Notes under the pieces: model-generated
What the model was told of the DNA's origin: nothing
Databases searched by the model: none
The model's input: the letters and a program-made list of their open reading frames with translations, nothing else
Origin: Octopus sinensis
Taxonomy: Eukaryota
Assembly (NCBI RefSeq): GCF_006345805.1
Contig: NC_042998.1
Coordinates: 178,684,001-178,748,000, forward strand
Reading direction: 5' to 3'
Length of the DNA: 64,000 nucleotides
Program-made: the position numbers and the translations under genes
In this document: positions 52,255 to 64,000 of the stretch, in pieces
Layout: every line of letters begins with the position of its first letter
Position numbering within the stretch: position 1 is the first letter of the stretch

Positions 52255-54249
52255 CTGAAAAATATGGGTTTAAGGAGAAATTCATGATGAAGATTCACTT
52301 TAAGCATATCAGATAAATATTTTTTGAACAGATAAAATTTCCAAGAGGATAAAATGGAGACTGGCAGTGAAGCAATAGCTGTTTAGAAAAAAAAGCTTAA
52401 ATTATTAATATTGCTAGTGTACAAGGAAGTACATAGTGAGTCTATGTTTAAATATTTCTTAGCTTCACAATAGTTTCAAGAGATCATGTCAACATCTTAT
52501 CTCATATTATCTCCAACAGACATTTTGTGAAGTAAAGTGGAAAAACAGGTGGACTTATTTTATTAAAGAAACTAATGTTGACCATCAAAGAAGGCTGCTG
52601 TCCCAAATATCTCCCCTCCTTGTGGCCCACAAATATATCTTACTTGACAAACATTACTTATTTTATTAACCTAGAAAGAGGTGAATGGCAAAGTTTATCA
52701 CCAAGTGATTTAAATGCAAAACAATGATAAATCTGTATAGATATTGTAAAGCATTCATGCACTTCTGTTATACATGGAAAAATGCAAAGAAAATTGGTCA
52801 AATCCTGATGAAAAGCTTGTTGAAAACACAAACTGTTGGGCTTGAGAAAAGAAAACAGTCACTTCCCCAACATTTGCCTTCAGCCTAAATTGTAGTCTTT
52901 GCATATATACTAGCATTAATATTTTCAAAGCAATCAAAACCTGCCAGAAAAGGATGTCTTTGTACATATTTAATCTATAATCATTGCAAAACAAGGTAGA
53001 AAACCATAGATCTCAACTCAAATCTTAATCCACCTAATCAGAGGAAACAAAACTAAAATATAGCCTTTAAAAAAACTTCTAAAGAGGCATAAACATTTAT
53101 CGTAGAATATGGTGAAATAATAAAAACGTTAGCTTTCTTATAATTTTAGAATAAAATCATATAATCATGTGAAATTTTGATATGATACTGTAAGTACAAG
53201 ATGTTACACAGCTCAAACATTTTTGTTCTTTTGACAGTACCACGGTCATTTATATTCTTGTCAATCTAATTGTAATTGAATACTAAGACAGAGCTCAGTG
53301 CTGTGACAATATAATCAATAAATGTTGTATTATGTTACAGTGCTGAGGTGAAACCACCAATAGACCTGGAGAATGCAACAAGAATCTAATTCAATATATC
53401 ACTCTTAGAAGATGGATAATCTCACCCTTCACAAAATCAGTATAGATAATCCCCCAGTAATGACTACATACATCTGATTAAGAAAATTTAAACAAGTAAC
53501 TGTCACAAATTCATAAATTAAATATGCTATTATATAAAGAAAGAAAAATAATGTTGTGTGATTCATTGAAATATAACATTGACAAGCAATTCATGAGAAA
53601 TGGACAAAATGTAATTATTTCCACAAAATGAAAATACTTTTATTGTATTTTTTTGTTGTTGTATATCTTCGTATGATATTATTAAATACATGCTGGAATC
53701 TGTACAAACTGTGGGTATAACAAAATCTCAAGACCTAAGACACACACACATCAACATCTTCCACCATCTGATAACGCGGTTATAATAAATATGCTAAAGA
53801 ATCCAGTATGCCATCACATATGCCAAGGTCATATGACTCTGAGATGCATAGTCAAACACAACTGAAAGGTACTTCTCTCTCTTTCTCTCTCTCTCCATCA
53901 CACAAACAGACATGCACTTTAGAACTATGGTTGCTGGGGAAAGTGTAATGGCAAAAGCAATTTTTTTTTTTTGATGATCCAATGGAAAAAGAAAATATCA
54001 ACAGAATTGTACTTTAAAACTCAGTGCTTCGATATTGATCAACATATATTCTAAAAATTTATTGATAAAATATTGGTGGTCAACTGTGATTACTTCTCAA
54101 GCTATTTCTAATCATTAAAAACAAACACTCATACATGCCAATTATTCTCTTTAAGGTCCCTCAAACTAATAGCTTCTATCTGTAAACAGTTGATGATAAT
54201 TAAAATATAATTTACTAATGAAATGAATTTTAAAATTTCAGTTTTCGTA

Positions 54250-54295
<46 letters not shown>

Positions 54296-54878
54296 AGGCA
54301 CAATGGCCCTGTGGTTAGGGCAGTGGACTCGCAGTTGTAGGATCTCGGTTTCGATTCCCAGATCAGGCGTTGTGAGTGTTTATTGAGCAAAAACACCTAA
54401 AGCTCCACAAGGCTCCGGAAGGGCTGGTGGCGATCCCTGTTGTACTCTTTCACCACAACTTTCTCTCACTCTTTCTTCTGTTGTCCTACTCACTTAGCCA
54501 GCAGAGTGGCGTCATTTGAAGGCTAAAACAATGCAAAGCGCATTGTGAGCAGCAATATATAGCAACATCTGATAGCCTGGTTGGTCAAAATCTAGCCCAA
54601 TGTGATAGAGAGAAAAAGGAATGAGGTAGAAATATGTTAAAGAGATTATCATCATTACCCAATATATTTGTGGGGGCGGATATACACCTTTGTCTTGGTA
54701 TCATGTACTGGTTGTAAACAAGCAGGCATAGCTGTGTGGTAAGAAGCTTGCTTCCCAAATACACGGTTCCAGGTTCAGTCCCACAGCATGACACCTTGGG
54801 CAAGTGTCTTCTACTGTAGCCTTGTGCTGACCAAAGCCTTGTGAGTGGATTTGGTAGATGGAAACTGTAAGAAGCTTG

Positions 54879-54935
<57 letters not shown>

Positions 54936-56119
54936 TCTATATATATATATTTGTGTGTTTGTGTTTGTCACCCTACCATCGCTTGAGAACCAATGTTGGT
55001 GTATTTACATCCCCATAATCAGCGGTTCGGCAAAAGAGACCGATGGAATAAGTACTAAGCTTACAAAGAATAAGTCCTGAGGTTGATTCGTTTGACTAAA
55101 GGCGGTGCTCCAGCATGACCGCAGTCAAATGACTGAAACAAGTGAAAGAATAAAAGCATCAACAGTATATAAGCAAAGTCGTTCATTTCCAACCTTCTTC
55201 AAAAAACATGTCTAGCCATGGGAAAATACTACTTTGCCTAGAAAGAGGTTAGGGTTAGCAACAGGAAGGGCATCAGGCTGTTGAAAATCTGCTGCAACAA
55301 AAATTCTGTCTCACCCATGCAAGTATGGAAAAGTGGAAGTTAACTGATGATGATGATGATGATGATGATAATGATTACAAATATAATTAAATTTTTATGT
55401 CCACTAATTTAGATAAAGCCTGACAACATGACATAAATAATTCATCAAATGTATATTAAAATTGTTTATTGTGGTTGAAAAGAAAAATATTAAAAAAAGA
55501 TTAGGACAAAAATCTCAACTATTTAAATATTTTAAATGTCTTTTTGTGACTGCTTATTCATCATCATCATCATTTAACATCTGTTGTCCATGCTGGCATA
55601 GGTTGGACAGTTTGACCAGGCTGGCATGCTGGAAGGCTGCACCAGACTCCAGTCCGATTCGGCATGGTTTTCTAAGGCTGGATGCCCTTCCTAATGCCAA
55701 CCACTCCAAGAGTATATTGGGTGCTTTTATGTGCCACCAGCACCAGTGCTACTTGCATGACACCAGGGTGCTTTTACATGCCACTAGCACAATACCAATT
55801 TGTGTGACACCAGTATCTGCCATGATTGCAATTTTGCTCAGCTTGGTGGGTCTTCTTCTCAAGCACAACGTAATGCCAAAGGTCTCAGTCATTGCCTCCC
55901 CAACACTCGAAAGGAACTCAGCCACTTTGCCTCCAAATTGAGAAGATTTTCTTTAAATTTCAAAAGATCATTTCAATTTGCTTTTTAAAAAAATGTGGGG
56001 GAGGGTGTCAGAGTAAAAAAAAAAAAAATACATAGAAAATTATTGGCAAATGATTAAATTAAAATTCTTAGTATGACAATATAAATAGACAAAAAATACA
56101 TCTGGTCATACACATAAAT

Positions 56120-56410
56120 GGTGAATGATTGTGGGAAAGATATTGGATGGTAGCAGACTTTTTAGGTGTAAAGACATGAACATGACATACATAGGGGAGA
56201 CATCTAAGAGTATTGTGGAATGACTAAATGAACTTTTGAGACAATATGACAAAAAACAGTCCTCCATACTCTACCAACATGCCAAGGGCTAACATCAAGG
56301 CAACCTGGGTCAACTTGACATCTGCATTTTATTCAAGCACCCAAAGGACCCAACACTCAGACAAATACAGGAGTACATCATCATAAACTTCCCCAAAATT
56401 AAATCGGAAA
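56120..56410 (+). mobile_element. GIY-YIG endonuclease remnant of a second Penelope-like element
   Basis: Translates as ...CKDMNMTYIGETSKSIVE*LNELLR...ILYQHA...DPTLRQIQEYIII...LNRK. Confidence 0.6.
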
Positions 56411-56515
56411 TATACGTAGTAGATATCACACCCCCATACCACAATTTATACAAGTAGAGTAGAATAGTTAGTGGGCTCTTATGTAGATAGATGTATGTAT
56501 ATGTGTGTGTGTGGG

Positions 56516-56570
<55 letters not shown>

Positions 56571-56828
56571 TGTATGTAAGCATATGGATAGGAAAGTAAA
56601 CAAATAGATAGGTACATAGTTTATATGAACAGACAAGCACTCATACACACACATACAAATGAAAACTGAAACACATGACCATATATAGACACACACTTCA
56701 CTCAAGGACACATATGGAGACACACATCCACACATATGGAGATATACATCTATACATACAAACATAGTAAATAGTTGCAAACCCCACCCCACACACACAC
56801 ACAGATATGCACACACAAGGACACAGAG

Positions 56829-56861
<33 letters not shown>

Positions 56862-57702
56862 AAAACACACAAACACGGACACACAAACACATGAATATGC
56901 AGAATACATACATACAAATGTACACAACTATATACATATGCATGCACACAATCATGCATACACACGCATGCATACATATATGTGTATGCACACACACTGA
57001 CCCACACAGATGTGCACAAACAAACAAAAAGAACATAGTGTGAATAATGGACAACAACTATTGAAAAGGTTGCAAGACGCAACAAAAATTTTTTTAAAAA
57101 TAAAGAAGGAAATGAGTGGAAATTTTACCGGTGAGTGTGTTAAATTATAAGGCACTAAAAGAGAACAACTCACCCAAGACACAACAGAATATGCTTCAAC
57201 ACACAAACTCACATAAATAATCTTGCAAGGATTGTTATATTTTTAGAGAGACAACTAACTAAAAGAGAGGTTTTAAACAAAAGAAGCTCGTCTCTGCATT
57301 TGTCACTCTAGAGAATACCTTTAATAAGGCCCTAGAGAATATCTTTAACAAGGTCCTGAGGGGCACTGATAAAATTGCTAAAGAATGGTTTATATAAGCC
57401 AAGTACAAGGGAAATGAAAGCAAAGATAATGAATGTGAGAAATTTATTGTAAAATAGGTATCTATAGAGCCTTAACACTGCTCCGCCATAGTTTCCTATT
57501 TCTTACAGTTCTTGGGTTAATAAGATAGAAGTTCAAAACTAAATGCCCTTGAAAACTAGAATATAAAGAGACCAAATACCTAATGATCAATAATGAAAAA
57601 GATCAGTCACAGGAAACAGAAAATTACAGTGGCATCTAGGAAGTACCTTGTCCAGTATGTAAGGATGGAGTAGGTAAGAACTCAATACGGCATGCTTTAA
57701 TC

Positions 57703-57988
57703 CAGTGGTTCTCAACCGGGATCCTTTTAAGATTGTTGCGAAAGCAACATTTTCCCAGGGCCCTGGGAAAATGTTGCTTTATTGGTATGTATTGTAAGAA
57801 ACAGCTGTCTCTTTCTAACATTTTACATAGTTCAACCTAACACAAGTTAAAGTGTGAAAAACAAAATGGTAATTTTGAAAGAAGTTTTTATAAAACTAGA
57901 TTTTAAACATCGAATGGTTATGGGGTTCACCAGAATAAAATAGTAATCAAAGGAGTCCATAGAGAAAACAAATGGTTGAGGACCCTTG
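57703..57988. mobile_element. hAT-like MITE inserted in an old RTE remnant
   Basis: TIRs cagtggttctcaacc and ggttgaggacccttg match 12 of 15. Confidence 0.65.
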
Positions 57989-58186
57989 GTCTAACAAAAC
58001 AAAAGATGAAATAGAACTTCTGGAAAACTGACAGAGAAACTGGACTTCATACACATGTACAAGATGTACAAAAGTAGTGAACAAGAAATGAAGCCATTTA
58101 AATGGTCCTCAAGATGTATTTGATAATTTGATAGCTTCTATTTCTTACATGACCTAATTATATGACTATGATGTGAAAGTATAAAG

Positions 58187-59875
58187 CAGCGATTCCCAAC
58201 CTGGGGTCTGCAGACACTTGGTGATCTGCAAAGGTAATACTGGGGGTTCTGTGAACTAAATTCAGAATTTTATATACAAAAGCTAGTTTATATTTATGTT
58301 TTTGATTTATTATTAGTGTTGCTTAATATGTTTTACTAAAATTGCTGCTTCTTTTCAGATATCAGAAAAAAGTAATTAAAATTCATTAAAATTACAGATC
58401 TATCAGACTTTCAAAGAGGTCAAATTGTTGGTGCTTGTATGGCAGGTGCTAGCGTAATGAAAACAGTCAAGATGTTTGGTCTATCAAGTAGTAGTATCTC
58501 AAAAGTAATGACAGCCTTTCAGAAAGAGGGAAAACCTCCTTGTTAAAACAAAACTCTGGAAGAAAACCAAATCTTTCAGATACAGACCGTCTGACTCTTA
58601 CGCGAATTATTGGAAAGGATCACAAAAGTACAGCTCCCAATATTACTGTTTCATGACCATCTCGAGAACCCAGTTTTCACAAAAATTTTTCACCAGGAGC
58701 TGCACAAAGCCAGATTTCACAAGAAAACCACTACTTTCAAAAACAAATGTTGAAAAGTGTTTAGAGTGGAGTAAAAACCTACAAAATTGCTCCCGAGAGT
58801 AGTAGGAGAATGTTATTTTCTTGAATGAGTCATCCTTTACCTTATTTCTGACCATCGGCCGAGTATACATGTGGAGAAGCCAAAAGAAGCATTTGACCCA
58901 GACTACCTTCTTCCAGCTGTTAAACATGGAGGAGGATCTGTGATAATCTGGGGGGCAATATCTTGGAAATCTGCCGGCCCAATGGTTTCCCTTCGTGGCA
59001 GAATTAATAGTCAAGACTATTTAAGCATTTTATCTGACCAAATTCATCTTATGGTTGCGGAACTGTTTCTATATATATACATACATATATATATATATAT
59101 ATAAATATATATCTATACAATTACAATAGATACAGAGAAGTTGTTCAACTCAGGCAGACTATGATTGGTGTATACATATACGGATTTAATATGATAGAAT
59201 TGTCTGAAACATATATTAACACATTCAGAATATAAAGATATAGAAATATAAAAATATATATGAATGTTAAAAATATGCAAGGTCAAATAAATATATCATC
59301 ATCAGCAGCAGCAGCATCATTTAACGTCCGCTTTCCATGCTAGCATGGGTTGGACGATTTGACTGAGGACTGGTGAACCAGATGGCAGCACCAGGCTCCA
59401 ATCTGATCTGGCAGAGTTTCTACAGCTGGATGCCCTTCCTAATGCCAACCACTCTGAGAGTGTAGTGGATGCTATTACGTGCCACCATCAGGTGGTATTG
59501 GCAACGTTCACAGTCAAATGGTGTTTTTATGTGCCACCTGCACAGGAACCAGTCCAGCAGCACTGGCAACGACCTCACTTGAATGTTTTTTCACGTGCCA
59601 CCAGCACAAGTGCCAATAAGACAATGCTGGTAACGATCACGCTCAAATGGTGCTTTTTACATGCCAGATGAATGAATGATGAGTGGTTAAAACTAGAGAA
59701 ATTTCTTAGCTTAGCTGGGCATTTCATGCAGTATAATAGTGTCAGCAATGGAGCAAGCAATGTGAAAGTTTGTATGAAAAAAGTTTTTAAACATTGAATG
59801 TATTGTAGAAAGACCCATAACCAATTTACTGCACATAAATTTCAACAACAAAATCTTAAATGTTGAGAACCACTG
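58187..59875. mobile_element. hAT-like MITE ends enclosing the Tc1 remnant and an RTE tail
   Basis: Left end cagcgattcccaac, right end gttgagaaccactg; 8-bp flanks gtataaag/atttaaag match 6 of 8. Confidence 0.5.
58394..59068 (+). mobile_element. Tc1 transposase remnant
   Basis: DLSDFQRGQIVGA, SGRKP, IFLNESSF and KHGGGSVIIWG; truncated before the end of the DDE domain. Confidence 0.88.
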
Positions 59876-60473
59876 ATTTAAAGTCTTTCTAGCAGCTGTG
59901 AATTTGAAAAGATTCATTAATTGTATTTGAAGGATTTCAATACATGATGTATGCCAAGGTCAACAATAACGTGTCACAAACAGGTGGGAGGTCTTAAAGC
60001 TATTAACAAGCTATTTCAGTCATTTCATTGAAGCAGTCATTAAAAGTGCCTCCCTCAGCTGTTTTCTGGAGACGATCAAGTTTTAAAATATTTCATTTCT
60101 TTTTCAGTAATCTTTATGAACTTATAAAGTGTCTAAGGGAATTTATGGCTTATTTTTATGGCTGCCATATAATAAAGGTGATTTCTTTTCACCTGCAATA
60201 TCAAATGCGCATAAAGAAATCATAAAGAAATCTATCATTATTACTATTACATTATTATTAGACGTATCCTTATTGCTATCCCACTGAGGACACAAGTAAG
60301 CTTGCTTCATAACCATGTTTCCAAGCTTCTTGGGCAAATACATTCTATCATAACCTCAAAAACTGTGTGGAAGCTCACAGTGTGTGTGTGTACATGATAT
60401 ATATATATATATATTGTCAATAATAATAAGGGTAAAATTAATTAATTAGTAATTAATAATTTTACCAAGTCTT

Positions 60474-60507
<34 letters not shown>

Positions 60508-61869
60508 TATATACACACACACACATATGAAGGCACGCTGACAAAACGCCACTCCTCTAAATGGAAACCTTGCTTGTCATTCTGGTTTTGTAGCATGAAG
60601 TAAAGCTGTCCTTGCCATCCACTCAAGAAAACACATAGTAAATGATCCACAAGCACTAAACCAAGTCCTCAACTTGTTCCAGTTGCTAAAAGGTTTGCAA
60701 GGCACCAGCAGGCCTCAAGAGATATGTTCATGTTCACAGAACATGATAACTGCTTTATTTTACTGAACCCTCAATTGTTATTCACAACAAAAGAATCCAT
60801 CACACACACACACTTACTCACACACGCATGCATACAATCATCCATATATACATGTATATAATTATCATTATCATCATTGCTTAATGTCCAATTTGCCATG
60901 CTTGTTTAATTCAGAGGATAACTGTGTTGAGCCAAATTTTTCAACACCCACATGCTATTCCTGTTGCTAATTCTTACCTGTTTCCAAGTGAAGTAATATT
61001 TCCTGAAGTGTATCAAACCACAAACAGCCCAGAGTATCGCAAACAGAGTATTGCTTTCCCAGAGTATCGCAAACAAACAACACTCTTAGTATGAACACTG
61101 ATTCTTTATTTACAATATTTATGGCTCTCTGTCGGTTTCAATGACAAGGGTCCCATTTGATCCAGTCAACAGAACAGCCACCTCATGAAATTAATGTGTA
61201 AGTGGCTGAGAACTCCACAGACACATGTACCCTTAACATGGTTCCCTGAAAGTCTCAGTGTACAACTTAGTTTTCCCAGCACATGTTACAATCAGCCACA
61301 TCAAAACAAAAGGAATACATACTCACACACTGATACACACACAAGAGACTTCTAGTTTCTATCTACCGAATTTCACTTACAATGCACTGGTCAACCTTGG
61401 ACTACTGTAAAAAAACTCCAGCTGATATTGTCCATGCAGTGGGAATGAACCCTCAATCACACAATCCCAAAGCGAACTCCATAACTATACAGCCATATCT
61501 ATATATATTAGCAACACAGGCAGTATTAATATTCAAGAAGTAAATATTTATCACCACTTTAACGTGGATGTTCTGTTAGAACAAATTATACTGTGAAAGT
61601 TTCCATGAGAGAGACCCACACATTGGTTTTTAGTGCAAAACACACTTTGGTTTATACTGATAGTGGGGAGATAAATCCCCACCACCTCCAGCACCAAGAC
61701 CACCAGATCACATAGTTTTGGTCTTCCTTGACCTTGTCAATGATGGACACTCAGCCACTAGAAAAAACAGTGATTCATCTCTGCCAGCAACTTATAAAAA
61801 AACAGAGCCAGAACAGACGCTGGTGTCATGATCAGCCAGTGGACTTGTTCAAAATATTTATTAGTGATA

Positions 61870-64000
61870 GTAGCAGCTTTAATACTGAGAGATAAAGAAA
61901 CAGAGGTTCAAATTCGTCTGGCAGCAGTGAAGGAGTGGGTGGCGTGGGCAGCAGTGATGGAGAAGGTGGTGTGGGCATGCTCTTATCAGAGAAGTGGGTA
62001 GATAAGATAATTGAGGTAGACAGGGTATGTGATAGAGTTATTAAATTAAGACTTGTCATAGATAAATTAATAGTTACATTTATCTCCACCTATGCTCCCC
62101 AGACTGGGCTGGTTGATGACCAGAAGGACCAATTCTACAAGTTCCTTCTGCAGACTACCGCAATGACAAGTGACAGGCTGGCAACTTTAATGGACATGCT
62201 GGATAGCAGTCCAATGGATTCCATGGGGAGCTTGGTGGTTATAGCTTTGGCCCTAGAATTGAGGAGGGAACAAGGCTACTTGAGTTCTGTAATGCAAATG
62301 ATCACATGATCTGCAACACTAACTTCAAAAAACCAGCCAGCCACCTAATCACTTATCAGTCTGGTGAGCACAAGAGCCAGATTGACTACCCCCTCACCAG
62401 GCAATGAGATTTTCAGATGCTCGCAAATGCAAAGTCACCCCAACATAGGCTACTAGTTAGTGACTACAGAATTAGGTCTAGAAAGGCTCAAAGAAATAAA
62501 ACACACTGGAAAAGAAGATTATGGAAACACAAAGACCCAGCAAGCCATCAGATATTTAGAGATATTCTAGTGGAAGCTTTTTATGAAAGAGAAGAGTAGA
62601 AGGGGTCATATAGCTTAGAGGACAATTGGAAGTTTCTGCAGGACAATCTGCTGAGGACTTCAAAGCAAATCTGTGGCTGGTGCAAAGTCTGGAGGCCAAG
62701 GGTGGCATGGTGGTGGAACAATGAGAAAGACAGTGCCATAAAAGCAAAGAGACAAGCCTGGGAAGGCAGGAAAAAAGGTGGAAGCAGAGAATCCAGGAGG
62801 TAATCTATGTTTACATAGCAAAAAGGAATAGCAGAAGAGAAGAAGTTTGCCAATGTTTTACAGCACAAGGATCAGAGGCATGAAGTGTTCCAGACTGCAA
62901 AGCAGTGTGTCAGGGAGAATAGAGATGTGTTGGATGAGAAATATGTGCATATGGATAAGGCGGTGAGGTGGCAGAATCGTGAGCACGCCGGGCAAAATGC
63001 TTAGCGGTATTTCGTCTGCCGTTACGCTCTCAGTTCAAATTCCGCCAAGGTCAACTTTGCTTTTCATCCTTTCGGGGTCGATTAAATAAGTACCAGTTAC
63101 GCACTGGGGTCAATATACTTGACTCAATCCGTTTGTCTGTCCTTGTTTGTCCTCTCTGTGTTTAGCCCCTTGTGGGTAGTAAAGAAATAGGTATATTTGC
63201 ACTTAGTGTCTCAAAGAAGAAAGATGCATGGAAGTGTCACTATGAAAGGTTACTAAATGTGGAAAATGAATGGGAGGAGAGTCTTTCAAATATCAAACCA
63301 ATTAAAGGACAAGCAATCAGAGTTAATAGCAGTATAAGAGATAAAGCAATTAAAGATATGAAGACAGTGAAAGCCCCTGAACCCTTGGGTGTCACTGCTG
63401 AGATGATAAGAATCCTCAGTGGTGTGGGATACAACCTAGTCACTTGCATTGTTAATCCGGTTATTCAGGAAGGCACCATCCCCACTGGCTGGTGCAGTAG
63501 TATTATAGTTAGCTGCTACAAGGGTAAAGGTGATGCTTTAGATAGAAACAACTAGAGATATCAAAGCACTGGACCAGGTCATGAAAGTTACAGAGAGAGC
63601 TATAGCTCAACTGATTAAAAATAGAATCAAACTAGATGAGATGCAGTTTGATTTTGTGCCTGGGAAGAGTACCATAGATGCCATCTTCCTAGTGAGACAG
63701 TTGCAGGAAAAGTATTTGGCCAAGAGTAAACCACTGTACTTGGTTTTTGTCGACCTGGAGAAAGCTTTTGACAGAGTCTCACACTCTGTTATATGGTGAT
63801 CTCTAAGGAAGTTAGGAGTAGAAGAGTGGCTTGTTAGAGCTGTACAAGCCATGTACAGAGGGGCTGTCAGTAAGGTGAGAGTCAACCATGAATACAATGA
63901 TGAATTTAGTGTAAAGTTAGGGGTTCACCAGGGCTCAGTTCTTAGTCCACTTTTATTCATCATAGTCCTCCAGGCTATAACAGAGGAATTCAAAACTGGA
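61870..64000 (+). mobile_element. Older RTE LINE copy (APE endonuclease plus RT) running off the window; SINE inserted at about 62959-63190
   Basis: Motifs GGVGMLL, STYAPQTG, QHRLLVSD, PGKSTIDAIF, DLEKAFDRV and GVHQGSVLSPLLF, with many stops. Confidence 0.9.

Noticed and set aside
52644-52670. 27-nt candidate microexon with a good acceptor and a gtaaga donor
   Set aside because: In the required phase 1 it reads GT-TAA (stop) and has no homology support; only RNA-seq could rescue it as a poison exon.
52805-52830. ctgatga aaagcttgtt gaaa
   Set aside because: No supporting stems or cleavage triplet; likely chance.
52755-52994. Minus-strand ORF QVLIAL...FSTSFSSG as a possible upstream SLC23 exon
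   Set aside because: It lacks the expected QH/RLP/QG motifs and a fitting donor site.
60143-60192. GEKKSPLLYG after a cag acceptor, resembling the SLC23 N-terminal LxY motif
   Set aside because: All three frames stop within about 20 codons and the PPW motif is missing.

Overview
AT-rich, microsatellite-dense animal genomic DNA. The repeat landscape (RTE LINEs with (GAT)n tails, tRNA-derived SINEs, TA/CA microsatellites) suggests an octopus or other coleoid cephalopod; this is inference. There is one host gene: the 3' 8 coding exons of an SLC23/NAT (nucleobase-ascorbate transporter) gene on the minus strand (52254 to 21504). All splice sites are GT-AG, phases are consistent, and the 1385 nt give about 460 aa. 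The 5' exons were not found and probably lie beyond 64000. The rest is transposon-derived: a decayed Neptune-like Penelope element, an RTE LINE family with a PHD finger inside the RT region, three or more SINE families, mariner/Tc1 remnants, piggyBac/hAT/TA MITEs and several long hairpins. The most notable observations are: (1) hammerhead-ribozyme-like motifs beside the Penelope element and inside an SLC23 intron on the sense strand; (2) the PHD finger inside the RT; (3) a non-canonical NAT signature (GNIGAIGITK); (4) a 78-bp inverted repeat fully paired on one strand. Nearly all ORFs in the supplied track are microsatellite or antisense-repeat artefacts. All calls were made by eye with no searches run, and repeat boundaries are approximate.
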